Assembly: GCA_945890485.1 (NCBI GenBank)
Contig: CAMDCN010000004.1
Location: 353,813-417,812, forward strand
Length of the DNA: 64,000 nt
DNA from: Candidatus Sulfopaludibacter sp. SbA3
GTDB lineage: Bacteria > Acidobacteriota > Terriglobia > Bryobacterales > Bryobacteraceae
Direction: 5' to 3'
Of the stretch, positions 54,911-63,943 are shown in pieces; position 1 is the stretch's first letter; each line of letters starts with the position of its first letter. Both the position numbers and the translations under genes were made by a program. The notes under the pieces are model-generated. The model was not told the DNA's origin and did no database searches. It saw nothing but the letters and a program-made list of their open reading frames with translations.

Positions 54911-55783
54911 TTATGGTTTTAGGTCGATCACAGTGTATGTGGGCACGAGGGGGAGGGAAAATTCAGTCGTTTCAGCGGTCACCATCAGATCGCGGGGTTC
55001 TACCGGCCCGGCTGAGGAGGTGAGTTGGAGCTTCGGGAAGCGGCCGAGCAGCCGGACGCGGAGGCCGTCCACGTTCCGGTTGCCATAGTTGAGCAGGGTA
55101 ACCCGGCGTCCAGAAGCATCGCCGTGAAGCCGGGCGATGACAACATCCGAGCCGTAAATCCGAAGCAGGCGCTTCTCGTCGCCGAGTTTTTGGCGAACTT
55201 GGTAGGCGTACTTCGAAGGGTCTCCGGATTCCGGCTTAATGTTTATGGAAAGGGCCGGATCCGGCGAGGAAACCACTTTGAACAGCAGATTTCTACGGAC
55301 CAGCAGGTTCAGGTTTTCACCCGCGGCCGCCGAGCCATCGTCAACAAAGCCAATGTTGGCCAGCGCCGGCAAGCGGGACGGCGAAAGGCTGGCGATCAGC
55401 TTGACCGCTTCGGCATACTTCGGCCAATCTTTCGGGGCTACCTTCAGAATGGCGTCGACGCCATAGGCATGGGCCTCGGCGGCGGCGAGCACCGGATTGG
55501 GCGCGTCGACGAACGCTGTATTCTGCAAGCCGCGAACGTATTGCCAGCCGTTCGAATTCACCCAGGGGGCGTTTGACGCCGAGGCGACGTTCATCCTGTA
55601 CTGGACGCCCGGAGCAGGCAGTTTGGTGACCGCGGGCAGCGGCTTGGCGCAAACACCGGCGGCGGTCCAAGCGGCGACAGCGTCCGGGGCCACAAAGACA
55701 CAGTCGATACCGAGGGGCTTGAGTTGAGGCGCGGCGGAGGGCGGCGCGTCGGTGAACAGGCTGATCAGGACGAGAGCGAGCAT
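54911..55783 (-). CDS. secreted hypothetical protein
   Basis: It abuts the DUF362 stop and has a hydrophobic N-terminus. No family recognised. Confidence 0.5.
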   Translation of the reverse strand: MLALVLISLFTDAPPSAAPQLKPLGIDCVFVAPDAVAAWTAAGVCAKPLPAVTKLPAPGVQYRMNVASASNAPWVNSNGWQYVRGLQNTAFVDAPNPVLAAAEAHAYGVDAILKVAPKDWPKYAEAVKLIASLSPSRLPALANIGFVDDGSAAAGENLNLLVRRNLLFKVVSSPDPALSINIKPESGDPSKYAYQVRQKLGDEKRLLRIYGSDVVIARLHGDASGRRVTLLNYGNRNVDGLRVRLLGRFPKLQLTSSAGPVEPRDLMVTAETTEFSLPLVPTYTVIDLKP

Positions 55784-56914
55784 TTATAGAGTGATGGAGC
55801 GGAAGTCGATTTTCTTCTTGTCGTATTCGCCAAGGCCGAGCGTGGCGGCGTACTCAATGTGTCCTGGTTCCCGGATGAAGCGGTTCCAGTTGGGACCGGA
55901 TTTGCGCTCCCCCGTTCTGATGAGATGTTCGGGCGAACGGTTCCAGACGCTAACGGCCCCTTTCAGTTTGCGCTGATCCTCGATGATGTCGAGCAGGATG
56001 CGGTCCATGGCGACCGGATCGGTTCCGAACATCATCTTGGCGGGATAGAAGCGGAAGTCCTTGGTCGGTGAAAACGGACCGCCGTGCCAGACGCCTTTCA
56101 GGCCGTCCATTAGGTGGAGCACGGTACGGGAGCGGACGGGCTCGACCATGGCGAGGGCTCCGATGAACGAAAAGGTGTTCGTCTTCTCGAAGCGGTGGGA
56201 ACGGGCGACGTTGTGAAAGTTGCCGTAGGCGATGTTCTTGAGGCAACCGGTGACGCCGGAAGCGCCGTGGTCCTTCATGTTCGGAATGTTGATGATCTTC
56301 GTAAAGTTTTCGGCCACCTGGCGGATGACGTTCGACCGGGTGTCCTCTTCACCGAAGAAGTCGACTTCGACGTAGGTTTTCGGGTCGTAGCCGTTGAGAG
56401 CATCGCGCAAGGATGACGCAGCGAGGATATGCACGCCTTCCGGCACGTACTTGTTGTAGGCCACGGAATCCATTTGGTCTTTGAAGCGCTCGTAGATCCA
56501 GATGTTGGTGGGCTTAACGCCGGTGGCGATCAACTGCCGGACTGTTTCCGCGACGATGACGGGATGGGAGCAGATTCCGGGGGCGCCGGAGCAGTTCACT
56601 TTCAGGCCAACGACGTCATTGGGTTCAACGAAGCGAAGCCACGCGGTGCGGAGGTCCTTTTCACCGGTGAGCGAGAGCATGCCCCGGCTCATCATTTCCT
56701 GTACGGTGGGAACATCCACCGTCTCGGTGGGTACGTCGATGGATTTCGGGGCGTGCACGGACGCCACGCGGCCGCGGAAGGCGCCGGGCATCCCCGGATT
56801 GGTCCACGGTTTGTAGGCAGATTGGACGCGGTATTTCGGAAGATCGGTGTTAGTGGCCGCGACAGCGGCAGTGGCGGCGAGTGGGGGGAGCGTCAGGAAG
56901 CTGCGGCGTCGCAT
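55784..56914 (-). CDS. DUF362 domain-containing protein with Tat signal
   Basis: The start is set at ATG 56914, giving MRRRSFLTLPPLAATAAVAA. The core has VGLKVNCSG...HPVIVAETV, typical of DUF362. Confidence 0.78.
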   Translation of the reverse strand: MRRRSFLTLPPLAATAAVAATNTDLPKYRVQSAYKPWTNPGMPGAFRGRVASVHAPKSIDVPTETVDVPTVQEMMSRGMLSLTGEKDLRTAWLRFVEPNDVVGLKVNCSGAPGICSHPVIVAETVRQLIATGVKPTNIWIYERFKDQMDSVAYNKYVPEGVHILAASSLRDALNGYDPKTYVEVDFFGEEDTRSNVIRQVAENFTKIINIPNMKDHGASGVTGCLKNIAYGNFHNVARSHRFEKTNTFSFIGALAMVEPVRSRTVLHLMDGLKGVWHGGPFSPTKDFRFYPAKMMFGTDPVAMDRILLDIIEDQRKLKGAVSVWNRSPEHLIRTGERKSGPNWNRFIREPGHIEYAATLGLGEYDKKKIDFRSITL

Positions 56915-56929
56915 ACAATGCAACTTAGC

Positions 56930-57385
56930 ATGAACAAACCCACCAACTCTCGACGCAATTTGATTGCCGCGGCGGCCGGACTGGCCGGAGCGGCGGCAGC
57001 ACAGGCACAGACCCCGGCCAAGCCGGAGAAGAAGGTTCATTACAAGACGAAGAAGCCGGAGAAGACGCCGCTGTTCAATGGCGCCGTTTCCTACGGCAAT
57101 CTACTGTTTATCGCGGGAAAAGGCGCCCATTTTGAAGGCGACATCAAGGCGCACACGAAACACGTGCTGGATGAAGTGGAGAAGGAACTGGTAAACGCCG
57201 GGTCGTCCATGGACAAGGTGCTGAAGTGCAATGTTTACCTGCATGACCTAAACGATTACAAGGGAATGAACGAGATGTTCCAGGGGCGCTTTGGCGGGGA
57301 GCCGCCCGTCCGGACGACGATCGCCGCGTATGGCGGCATTCCCGGCAACTCGCTCGTCGAAATCGACGTGATCGCGTATATCTAG
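56930..57385 (+). CDS. RidA/YjgF family protein with Tat-like signal
   Basis: MNKPTNSRRNLIAAAAGLAGAAAAQAQ is followed by the RidA core (LLFIAGKGA..., PVRTTI, VEIDVIA). ATG 56918 is an alternative start. Confidence 0.82.
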   Translation: MNKPTNSRRNLIAAAAGLAGAAAAQAQTPAKPEKKVHYKTKKPEKTPLFNGAVSYGNLLFIAGKGAHFEGDIKAHTKHVLDEVEKELVNAGSSMDKVLKCNVYLHDLNDYKGMNEMFQGRFGGEPPVRTTIAAYGGIPGNSLVEIDVIAYI

Positions 57386-57940
57386 CTAAAAGCCGTAGAG
57401 GCGTTCGGCGCGGATATATTCAGCCACCGCGGGGGGAAGCTCATCGGGCATCTCTCCGCGGGCCAGGTCGGCACGGATGCGTGTCGAGGAGACGTCGAGT
57501 TCTACCGTTTCGAGCGGGAGGACGCGGGCGCCATCCGGTATCGCATACGTGCTGCCGGGGCGGGAGACGACGATGAACGTCACCAGGGCGACGACCTCGG
57601 TCCAGCGATGCCACGTGGCAATTTCGGCGAAGGCATCCGCACCGATCAAAAAGAACCATTCTCCGCCGGTGGGGAGGAGACGTTCGAGCGTAAGGATAGA
57701 GTAGCTTTTCTCGTTCGCCTGTTCGATGTCCGACACAGCGAATTGCGGGTAACCGGCACAGGCGAGTTGAACCATGCGAAGGCGATGGTCAAAAGGTGTA
57801 CGTCCCGTCTTGTGCGGCGGGACGGCGTTCGGGATGAACAGGATTTGGTCCAGATGAAACTGGCACGCAGCTTCGGCGGCGACCACGAGATGGGCGGAGT
57901 GAATCGGGTCAAACGTACCGCCGAAGATGGCAATGCGCAT
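57386..57940 (-). CDS. nadD: nicotinate-nucleotide adenylyltransferase
   Basis: IFGGTFDPIHSAHL (HxGH-type) and the ISSTxIR-like VSSTRIR motif. Confidence 0.92.
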   Translation of the reverse strand: MRIAIFGGTFDPIHSAHLVVAAEAACQFHLDQILFIPNAVPPHKTGRTPFDHRLRMVQLACAGYPQFAVSDIEQANEKSYSILTLERLLPTGGEWFFLIGADAFAEIATWHRWTEVVALVTFIVVSRPGSTYAIPDGARVLPLETVELDVSSTRIRADLARGEMPDELPPAVAEYIRAERLYGF

Positions 57941-57943
57941 GGG

Positions 57944-58450
57944 CTAGAAGCTGAATCCCACTAGCGCGTCGACCTGGTGAGTGCCAGTCAGTATCCCGGA
58001 ACTCGGGCGCTTTTCGTTGAAGCGGGTGTAGCGGAGTTCCGGGGTGATGCGAACCTTGGGCAGCTTGAATTCGACGCCGCCGCTGGCGACGATCCCGCTG
58101 CGGTTGTCGAGTCCAGGGATGTCGTTCAGGCGTTGGAACATGTAGCCGCCGCCAATGGTGGGGCGGATCAGAATGCCCGGAAAGCGGTACTTCGCCATGA
58201 GGGGGAACTCCCAGGAGTTGATGCCTGCTCCGCGGCGGTACAGGGCGTTCAGTTCGACGCCGAGTCCAGCGGGGAGGCGGAGTTCGAACATCGGACCGAC
58301 GACGTAGTCGCCATCGCGAAAGCTGGTTAGTTGCGGCCGGATAAACTCGGAGGAGTCTTTCAGAGGGACACCGCCCTTGATGCCGACGCCGATGTTCTGG
58401 GCCGGAAGCAAGGCTGCAGCGGCCAGGAGCAGGGGGAAGAGGCGAGTCAT
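57944..58450 (-). CDS. small outer-membrane beta-barrel protein
   Basis: The start is set at ATG 58450 (MTRLFPLLLAAAALLPAQ signal). The sequence has alternating beta-strand patterns and a C-terminal aromatic end, LVGFSF. Confidence 0.72.
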   Translation of the reverse strand: MTRLFPLLLAAAALLPAQNIGVGIKGGVPLKDSSEFIRPQLTSFRDGDYVVGPMFELRLPAGLGVELNALYRRGAGINSWEFPLMAKYRFPGILIRPTIGGGYMFQRLNDIPGLDNRSGIVASGGVEFKLPKVRITPELRYTRFNEKRPSSGILTGTHQVDALVGFSF

Positions 58451-58519
58451 CCCCTTATTGTAGTTCGCATTACGGGGCAATCTGGGGAGAGCACTAGCCG
58501 TTCTGGACCACTTTCTGGC

Positions 58520-59335
58520 GTGATCCTGCATCTTCTCTGGCGACCGGGGCGCGCTGCCGACCCGGTTGCCGAACAGCAACTGCAATTTACACGGATGTTG
58601 GCGTACGCGCAACGGCGGACCCGGTTCTATCAGCAGCGGAGCGAGGCGAAGGCCCTAGACGACTTGCCCCATGTGGAATTGCTGGACTATCTGCGGCATC
58701 CCGAACGATTCGAGGTACCTTCAGCGCCGGTGCACCCGCGCCAGGAGTTGGAATATCCGGTCGGCAAGGCTCCGCGTACGGCGGTGCTCGGTCAGGAGAT
58801 TCGCGGCAGTTGGCGGGTGCGCAGCTTTTCGAGTTACCGAAGTGAAAAGTTACAGCAGTTTGCGCCGCAGGCGTTGGCGGCGCCAGGGGATACGATTCGC
58901 GCGCTGGCGCAGAGCATCGAGGAGGGCGAGATCCAATGGCGGCCGTTAAGCCAATCGCTGATTGTCTTCACGGATGTGGTGCGGGGTTCGCTGAGCGAGG
59001 AGGATCGGGACTATTTTTGGCGGCTCTTTCAGGTTCCGATTTTTGAACAGTTCCGCGGCTTCGCCGGCGAGTTACTGGCGCAGGAGTGTGAAGCGCACGA
59101 CGGGATGCATGTCAACCTGGCCAATGCGATCTTCGCGGTTGAACCAGACGGACAACTGGAGGTGAGCTTTCTTCGGAATCCGCGCGCTCCCTTGTTCCGG
59201 CTGGCGACGAATTTGAGCGCTCGCATGGTCGACGGGCGCTGCGCTTGCGGCCAAATAACTCCCCGATTGCTGGACATCCGGCGCCGCTCGACGGTTTCGG
59301 CTTCGCACCGGCGTCTGGTGGTGGTAAACTCTTAG
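58520..59335 (+). CDS. degenerate PaaK/CapK-like (ANL superfamily) protein lacking the adenylation motifs
   Basis: I propose a GTG 58520 start. The region FQVPIFEQFRGFAGELLAQECEAHDGMHVN and the C-terminal CACGQITPRLLDIRRR resemble phenylacetate-CoA-ligase-like proteins. No TSGTTG-type loop or C-terminal lid is present. Confidence 0.45.
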   Translation: MILHLLWRPGRAADPVAEQQLQFTRMLAYAQRRTRFYQQRSEAKALDDLPHVELLDYLRHPERFEVPSAPVHPRQELEYPVGKAPRTAVLGQEIRGSWRVRSFSSYRSEKLQQFAPQALAAPGDTIRALAQSIEEGEIQWRPLSQSLIVFTDVVRGSLSEEDRDYFWRLFQVPIFEQFRGFAGELLAQECEAHDGMHVNLANAIFAVEPDGQLEVSFLRNPRAPLFRLATNLSARMVDGRCACGQITPRLLDIRRRSTVSASHRRLVVVNS

Positions 59336-59350
59336 TGCAACGTGCCTTGG

Positions 59351-59437
59351 GCGCATGTGGCGGAATTGGCAGACGCCCCGGATTTAGGTTCCGGTACTCG
59401 CAAGGGTGTGGAGGTTCAAGTCCTCTCATGCGCACCA
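59351..59437 (+). tRNA. tRNA-Leu (anticodon UAG), CCA encoded
   Basis: Hand-folded cloverleaf: acceptor GCGCATG/CATGCGC, D arm GCG-GAATTGGCAGA-CGC, anticodon arm CCGGA-TTTAGGT-TCCGG, a long variable arm, and T arm GGAGG-TTCAAGT-CCTCT, ending in discriminator A plus CCA. Confidence 0.95.
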
Positions 59438-59468
59438 ACAGAAACTCTCAAGGGACTCCGGTACTCTA

Positions 59469-60038
59469 ATGATTATGAAACATTGGTTTTCTCCGCTTGC
59501 TGTACTCGCTCTTCTCGCGCTGCCATTGGCCGCAGAAACTGGTTACGTGCGCGTTCGCGCCTCGCCGACGGGCGCAGGTTTGTTTGTCGACGGGAAGTAC
59601 GTCGGCCCGGCGGGCCGGTTCTCAGTTCCGGAGAAGTGGCCGGTTGAGGCTGGCTCTCATGAGATCGTGTTGAAGGATCCCCGGTACGAGGACTTCACGG
59701 CCAAGGTGGATGTGACGGCGGGCAAGACTTCGAAGATGCGCGCCAAGCTGAAGAAGCGCGATGTGCCGCAGGGCCCGTTCGGGCGTCTCCGGCTGCGTGG
59801 CGGCGAACCCGAATCCTTCTGGTCGGTGGCGCAAGGCGACACGGGTCCGTTCTACCTGAACGGCCGGTTCATGGGCCATGTGGATGAGTTGAACAATGGT
59901 GGCGGCGGCTTGCTGATTCCTGCGGGCACCTATGAGCTCTTGGTCGAAAGCCAGATCTACGGGACTGTCAAGAAGAGCATCACCATCGAAGCCAACAAAG
60001 TAAACCGCATCGACTACGGCACGAAGAAAGAGCAGTAA
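59469..60038 (+). CDS. PEGA domain-containing secreted protein
   Basis: The start is set at ATG 59469 (signal MIMKHWFSPLAVLALLALPLAA). PEGA-like repeats are present (GYVRVRASPTGAGLFVDGKYVG). Confidence 0.72.
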   Translation: MIMKHWFSPLAVLALLALPLAAETGYVRVRASPTGAGLFVDGKYVGPAGRFSVPEKWPVEAGSHEIVLKDPRYEDFTAKVDVTAGKTSKMRAKLKKRDVPQGPFGRLRLRGGEPESFWSVAQGDTGPFYLNGRFMGHVDELNNGGGGLLIPAGTYELLVESQIYGTVKKSITIEANKVNRIDYGTKKEQ

Positions 60039-60041
60039 TCC

Positions 60042-60875
60042 CTACCGAGCCACCTCATCATAGAGTGGCGGCAGCGTGCGATTGAACATTCGGCCCGGCT
60101 CCCAACCCAGGGAGGCCGGGTCGAACGCTTTTACGGCGTCCTCTTTCGACAATCCCTTGCGCTTCAGCTCCGTCATCTTGCGGACCATGCCGTCGAGCTT
60201 GTCGCGGAACGTCTTCAGATCAGCCTTGGTGTAGAGCGGTCCGTGGCCCGGGATGACGGTATCGAAATCAAGCGCTAGAACCTTATCGAGGGTGGCCACC
60301 CATTCGATGCCCGAGCCGCCATTGGCGTAGTCAATGAAGGGCCCCGGCGCGGCGATGAGGTCGCCTGCGTGCAGCAGCCTTTTCTGCGGGAAGAGAATGA
60401 CGACGTCGCCGTTGGTGTGGCCGCGGCCGAGGTAAATGGCGCGGAGTTCGACGCCACCAAGGCCGATGGTGATGGAGTCCTTGAATCCGATCCGTGGAAC
60501 GCCCGGCATGCCGCCTTTGATCATGTTTGCGCGTGCGTTTTCGTGGGCCAGAATCTCCATCGGCTCCTTCGCCGCCAAGGCAGCGTTTCCGCCGGTATGG
60601 TCGCCGTGGTGGTGCGTGTTGACCAGGAAGCGGATGGGCTTGCTGCTGAGCGACTTGGCCGCGTCGTAGATCTGCGGCACGTTCGGGGCGAACTTGGCGT
60701 CGATGAGAATGGTGCCCTCGGCCGTCGTAACGACCGCCACGTTGCCGCCAGCGCCCTCGAGAAGCTTCACCCCATCGGTGACAGAAATCAGCTTGAGCGC
60801 TTCAGGAGGAGGCAGTTGGCCCCAGCTTGAAAGGGCGGTCAAACCGGTGAGGGAGAGGAAATGACGGCGATGCAT
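60042..60875 (-). CDS. MBL fold metallo-hydrolase with Tat-like signal
   Basis: MHRRHFLSLTGLTALSS N-terminus and the NTHHHGDHTGGN zinc motif. Confidence 0.85.
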   Translation of the reverse strand: MHRRHFLSLTGLTALSSWGQLPPPEALKLISVTDGVKLLEGAGGNVAVVTTAEGTILIDAKFAPNVPQIYDAAKSLSSKPIRFLVNTHHHGDHTGGNAALAAKEPMEILAHENARANMIKGGMPGVPRIGFKDSITIGLGGVELRAIYLGRGHTNGDVVILFPQKRLLHAGDLIAAPGPFIDYANGGSGIEWVATLDKVLALDFDTVIPGHGPLYTKADLKTFRDKLDGMVRKMTELKRKGLSKEDAVKAFDPASLGWEPGRMFNRTLPPLYDEVAR

Positions 60876-60902
60876 GCTCCGCCGAGCATACCAGGATTCC
60901 GG

Positions 60903-61493
60903 CTAAGGGCGGGAGAGGTCGATGCCGATCTTTTTCAACTCTTCGGCGTAGTAACGGCGCTGCAGCAGATCGAACTCTTCACTGCCTTCGAGAATCTCTC
61001 GCTTTTGCTTGCGTACTTTTTCGCGGGCGGCTTTATCGATCTTGTCTTCGGCGACCAGCAACTCCGTGAAGCCCTTCACAATCTCCAGCCGGATGTCGTT
61101 TTCCGGCTTCTTCAGACGGAACTCGCGGGACTTGCGGAAGGCCGAGATGAGCTTGTGCGAGATATCGGTGATCTTGTCCCGGGACAGTTTCATCGCATCG
61201 CCGGTGTCACGGCCCGAGGCCCGGATCACCTTGCGTTCGGCGATCAACTGGTTCTTGATCTTGCGAAACATGTCCGAGTAACTGATCTGGTTCTCGCGCA
61301 TGTAGTTGGCGTACTGCTCGAGGATGCCGCGAACCTCATCGTTCAGCTTGTCCTCGGCCGAAAGCTCTTCGATGATCAGTTCGCTGACCACCGGCGCCGC
61401 TTTGGCGGGATCGCCGACTTCGACATAAAACGGGTTGATGCGCTTGATCAGTTGGCGGGAGAGGTACTCGATCAGTTCCTTCGGGAGAAGCAT
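60903..61493 (-). CDS. DUF507-like protein (internal two-fold repeat)
   Basis: The two halves align by eye (LPKELIEYLSRQLIKRI vs LSRDKITDISHKLISAF; AEDKLNDEVRGILEQY vs AEDKIDKAAREKVRKQ). The family name is recalled from memory and not verified. Confidence 0.5.
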   Translation of the reverse strand: MLLPKELIEYLSRQLIKRINPFYVEVGDPAKAAPVVSELIIEELSAEDKLNDEVRGILEQYANYMRENQISYSDMFRKIKNQLIAERKVIRASGRDTGDAMKLSRDKITDISHKLISAFRKSREFRLKKPENDIRLEIVKGFTELLVAEDKIDKAAREKVRKQKREILEGSEEFDLLQRRYYAEELKKIGIDLSRP

Positions 61494-61522
61494 TGGGTGT
61501 CAGGGATGAGTGTATCAAACGC

Positions 61523-62041
61523 TTAGCGCAGGCCGGGCAAATATCGCCAGCGGGTGCGGGTGCGGTATGCGGAGTAGGCCGTTCCCGCCAGCGCCGACTC
61601 CTCATGTGCCAGCCGGAGTTCTGAACCGGCCAGATAGAGTGCGATGGCCGGAACGGACCGCCAGCCCGCGGCGGCAAGGGCAGCCGTCGCCGCCAGAAGC
61701 AGGAGAAAGCCAAGATACATGGGGTGGCGCACCCAGGCAAACGGGCCGGAGGTGACCAGGCCTCCGCGGCGTCCAGCCGCCACGGTCGCCAAATAAATCG
61801 CCGCGCCGGCCGGGGCGAGAATCAGCGCCAGACTGAGTTCGAGCGGACCAGGCCGCAAGGGCCCGTCGGGAAGGAACATCGTAATTACCAACACTCCGGC
61901 CAACTGCAGCAAGGTGCCGGGCAGATGGTGATGCGCGGGCGCGGTATGGCGGGTGGGCAGCGCGCTCCAGATCGCGCCGAAGGCTACCGCTACCCACGAG
62001 AGCAGATAAATGAAAAAAGAGAGAAGACGCAGGGAAGCCAC
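61523..62041 (-). CDS. isoprenylcysteine carboxyl methyltransferase/PEMT-like membrane methyltransferase
   Basis: GPFAWVRHPMYLGFLL motif and four to five TM helices. I placed the start at GTG 62041; the 513-aa ORF in the track is a shadow extension antisense to the next gene. Confidence 0.78.
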   Translation of the reverse strand: MASLRLLSFFIYLLSWVAVAFGAIWSALPTRHTAPAHHHLPGTLLQLAGVLVITMFLPDGPLRPGPLELSLALILAPAGAAIYLATVAAGRRGGLVTSGPFAWVRHPMYLGFLLLLAATAALAAAGWRSVPAIALYLAGSELRLAHEESALAGTAYSAYRTRTRWRYLPGLR

Positions 62042-62062
62042 CGATGATAGTGTAACGACGAT

Positions 62063-62986
62063 ATGAAGACTTCGACGATTCAGAAAGCCGATTGGCAAGG
62101 TGTGTTCTCGGTCCCCCCTCTCGCGCGGCGGCGCGACGCCGCGCGCTCCATTAACTGGGAGGCCAGCGCCAAGATCGCCGCCCATATCCACAAGGGTGGC
62201 GTCACCCGCCTGCTGTACGGCGGAAACGCGTTTCTCTATCACATCACCCTCGCCGAGTTCGAGGCGCTGCTTGATTGGCTCTCCTCCTTCGACGACGCCC
62301 TCTGGGCGATCCCTTCCGCCGGCCCCAGCTTCGGCCGCCTGATCGATCAGGCGCCGCTCTTGCGCCGCTACAAGTTTCCTACCGTGATGCATCTGCCCTG
62401 CGGTGATCCGCGCGACGCCAAGGGCCTCGAAGCCGGGCTCACCGACTTCGCCAACGCCTGCGGCCTGCCGCTGATCCTCTACCTGAAAGAAGAAAACAAC
62501 TTCGGGGCCGACAAACTCGCGGGCCTCGATGCCGTGGCGCGGATGGTCGACAAAGGTCTCTGCATCGGCATCAAGTACGCCGTCGTGCGGCAGGACCCGA
62601 GCGTGGATGCGTATCTCACCGCGCTGCTTGAGCGCGTCGACAAGTCCATCGTCGTCAGCGGCATCGGCGAACGGCCGGCCATCGTCCACCTGCAACAGTT
62701 CGGCCTTCCGGGGTACACGACAGGCAGCGGCTGCATCGGCTCCGCATGGACGCAGCAGATGTTCGAGCTTTGCCAAAAGGGCGAGTGGGAGGCCGCGGCG
62801 GCGATCCGCGAGCGATTCATTCCCCTCGAAGACATTCGCGATGCTCTGGGCCCAGCCCGGGTGCTGCATGCCGCCACCACCGCAGCCGGAATCGCCGACG
62901 CCGGAGCGATTCCGCCCTTCATCACCGAACTGACGACGGAACAGTCGGCCGCCTTGGCCGGGGCCGTCGAGCCGCTGCAATTCTAA
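62063..62986 (+). CDS. dihydrodipicolinate synthase family (class I aldolase-like) protein
   Basis: TIM-barrel pattern with the Schiff-base Lys context CIGIKYAV; 307 aa. Confidence 0.75.
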   Translation: MKTSTIQKADWQGVFSVPPLARRRDAARSINWEASAKIAAHIHKGGVTRLLYGGNAFLYHITLAEFEALLDWLSSFDDALWAIPSAGPSFGRLIDQAPLLRRYKFPTVMHLPCGDPRDAKGLEAGLTDFANACGLPLILYLKEENNFGADKLAGLDAVARMVDKGLCIGIKYAVVRQDPSVDAYLTALLERVDKSIVVSGIGERPAIVHLQQFGLPGYTTGSGCIGSAWTQQMFELCQKGEWEAAAAIRERFIPLEDIRDALGPARVLHAATTAAGIADAGAIPPFITELTTEQSAALAGAVEPLQF

Positions 62987-62999
62987 GGAGCGCGTCCCC

Positions 63000-63890
63000 A
63001 TGTTAAGACGAACCTTCCTCGCCGCCATGGCCCCGGCCCAGCAGCCGGTCATCGATACCCACATTCATCTGTTCGACCCGCGGAGGCCGCAGGGCATCCC
63101 CTGGCCCAAGCCGGACAACAAAACGCTCTATCAACCGGCGCTGCCAGACCGATACCGGAAGCTGTCGGCGCCGCACAATGTGGTCGGCGCGGTGATGGTG
63201 GAGTGCAGCCCATTGGTCGAAGACAACCAATGGGTTCTCGACATAATACGAAACGAACCCATTATGGTGGGGATGATCGGCAACATCGAGCCCGGTCAGC
63301 CTGATTTCGCCAAGCACCTCGACCGCTTCCGGAAGAACCCACTCTTCCTCGGCCTCCGCTACGGCAACCTATGGGATCGCGATTTCCATGGCGCCATCGG
63401 CAAGCCCAATGTGATCGCCGACATCAAGCGGATCGCGGACGCGGGCCTCACCATGGATAGCGCTAACCCAACGCCGCAACTCGTCGCCGACCTCGTCCGG
63501 GTGACCGACGCCGTGCCGAACCTGCGGCTGGTCGTTGATCACTTGCCGCAGATTGAGCCCCCGGCCGACCTCGCCAAGCTGGCGCAGCGCCCGCAGGTGT
63601 TCATCAAAATCTCCGAGGTGCTGCGCCGCGTCGACGGCAAGGTGTCAACGGACCCTGCCTTCTACAAAGCGCGCCTGGACCAGTTGACGGGCCTGTTCGG
63701 TCCCGACCGGATCCTGTTCGGCAGCGACTGGCCGAACAGCGACAACTGGGCGCCGTACGCCCAGGGCTTCGAACTCGTCAAATCGTACTTTGCGCCGAAA
63801 GGCCCGGAGGCGATGGCCAAGTACTTCGCGCGCAACTCGCGGGCCGCCTACAAGTGGAAGGCGCGCACGGCGGATCAGCGCGCGCTCTAG
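63000..63890 (+). CDS. amidohydrolase_2 family protein (lactonase-like)
   Basis: VIDTHIHLFDP and FGSDWP motifs. It has a short RR-containing N-terminus, MLRRTFLAAMAPAQQ. Confidence 0.85.
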   Translation: MLRRTFLAAMAPAQQPVIDTHIHLFDPRRPQGIPWPKPDNKTLYQPALPDRYRKLSAPHNVVGAVMVECSPLVEDNQWVLDIIRNEPIMVGMIGNIEPGQPDFAKHLDRFRKNPLFLGLRYGNLWDRDFHGAIGKPNVIADIKRIADAGLTMDSANPTPQLVADLVRVTDAVPNLRLVVDHLPQIEPPADLAKLAQRPQVFIKISEVLRRVDGKVSTDPAFYKARLDQLTGLFGPDRILFGSDWPNSDNWAPYAQGFELVKSYFAPKGPEAMAKYFARNSRAAYKWKARTADQRAL

Positions 63891-63943
63891 AAAGTTTAGG
63901 AACGCTGGGGACAAAGTTTACGTCTCCCCTGCAGGAGTGCAAT

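Noticed and set aside
59336-59470. Integrated mobile element at tRNA-Leu.
   Set aside because: I could not see an integrase, excisionase or direct repeat of the tRNA 3' end in the flanks. The flanking genes look chromosomal.
62042-63064. 513-aa ORF 61523-63064 taken as one gene.
   Set aside because: Only the last about 172 codons show a membrane methyltransferase signature. The remainder is antisense to the well-supported DHDPS-family gene and is low-complexity.
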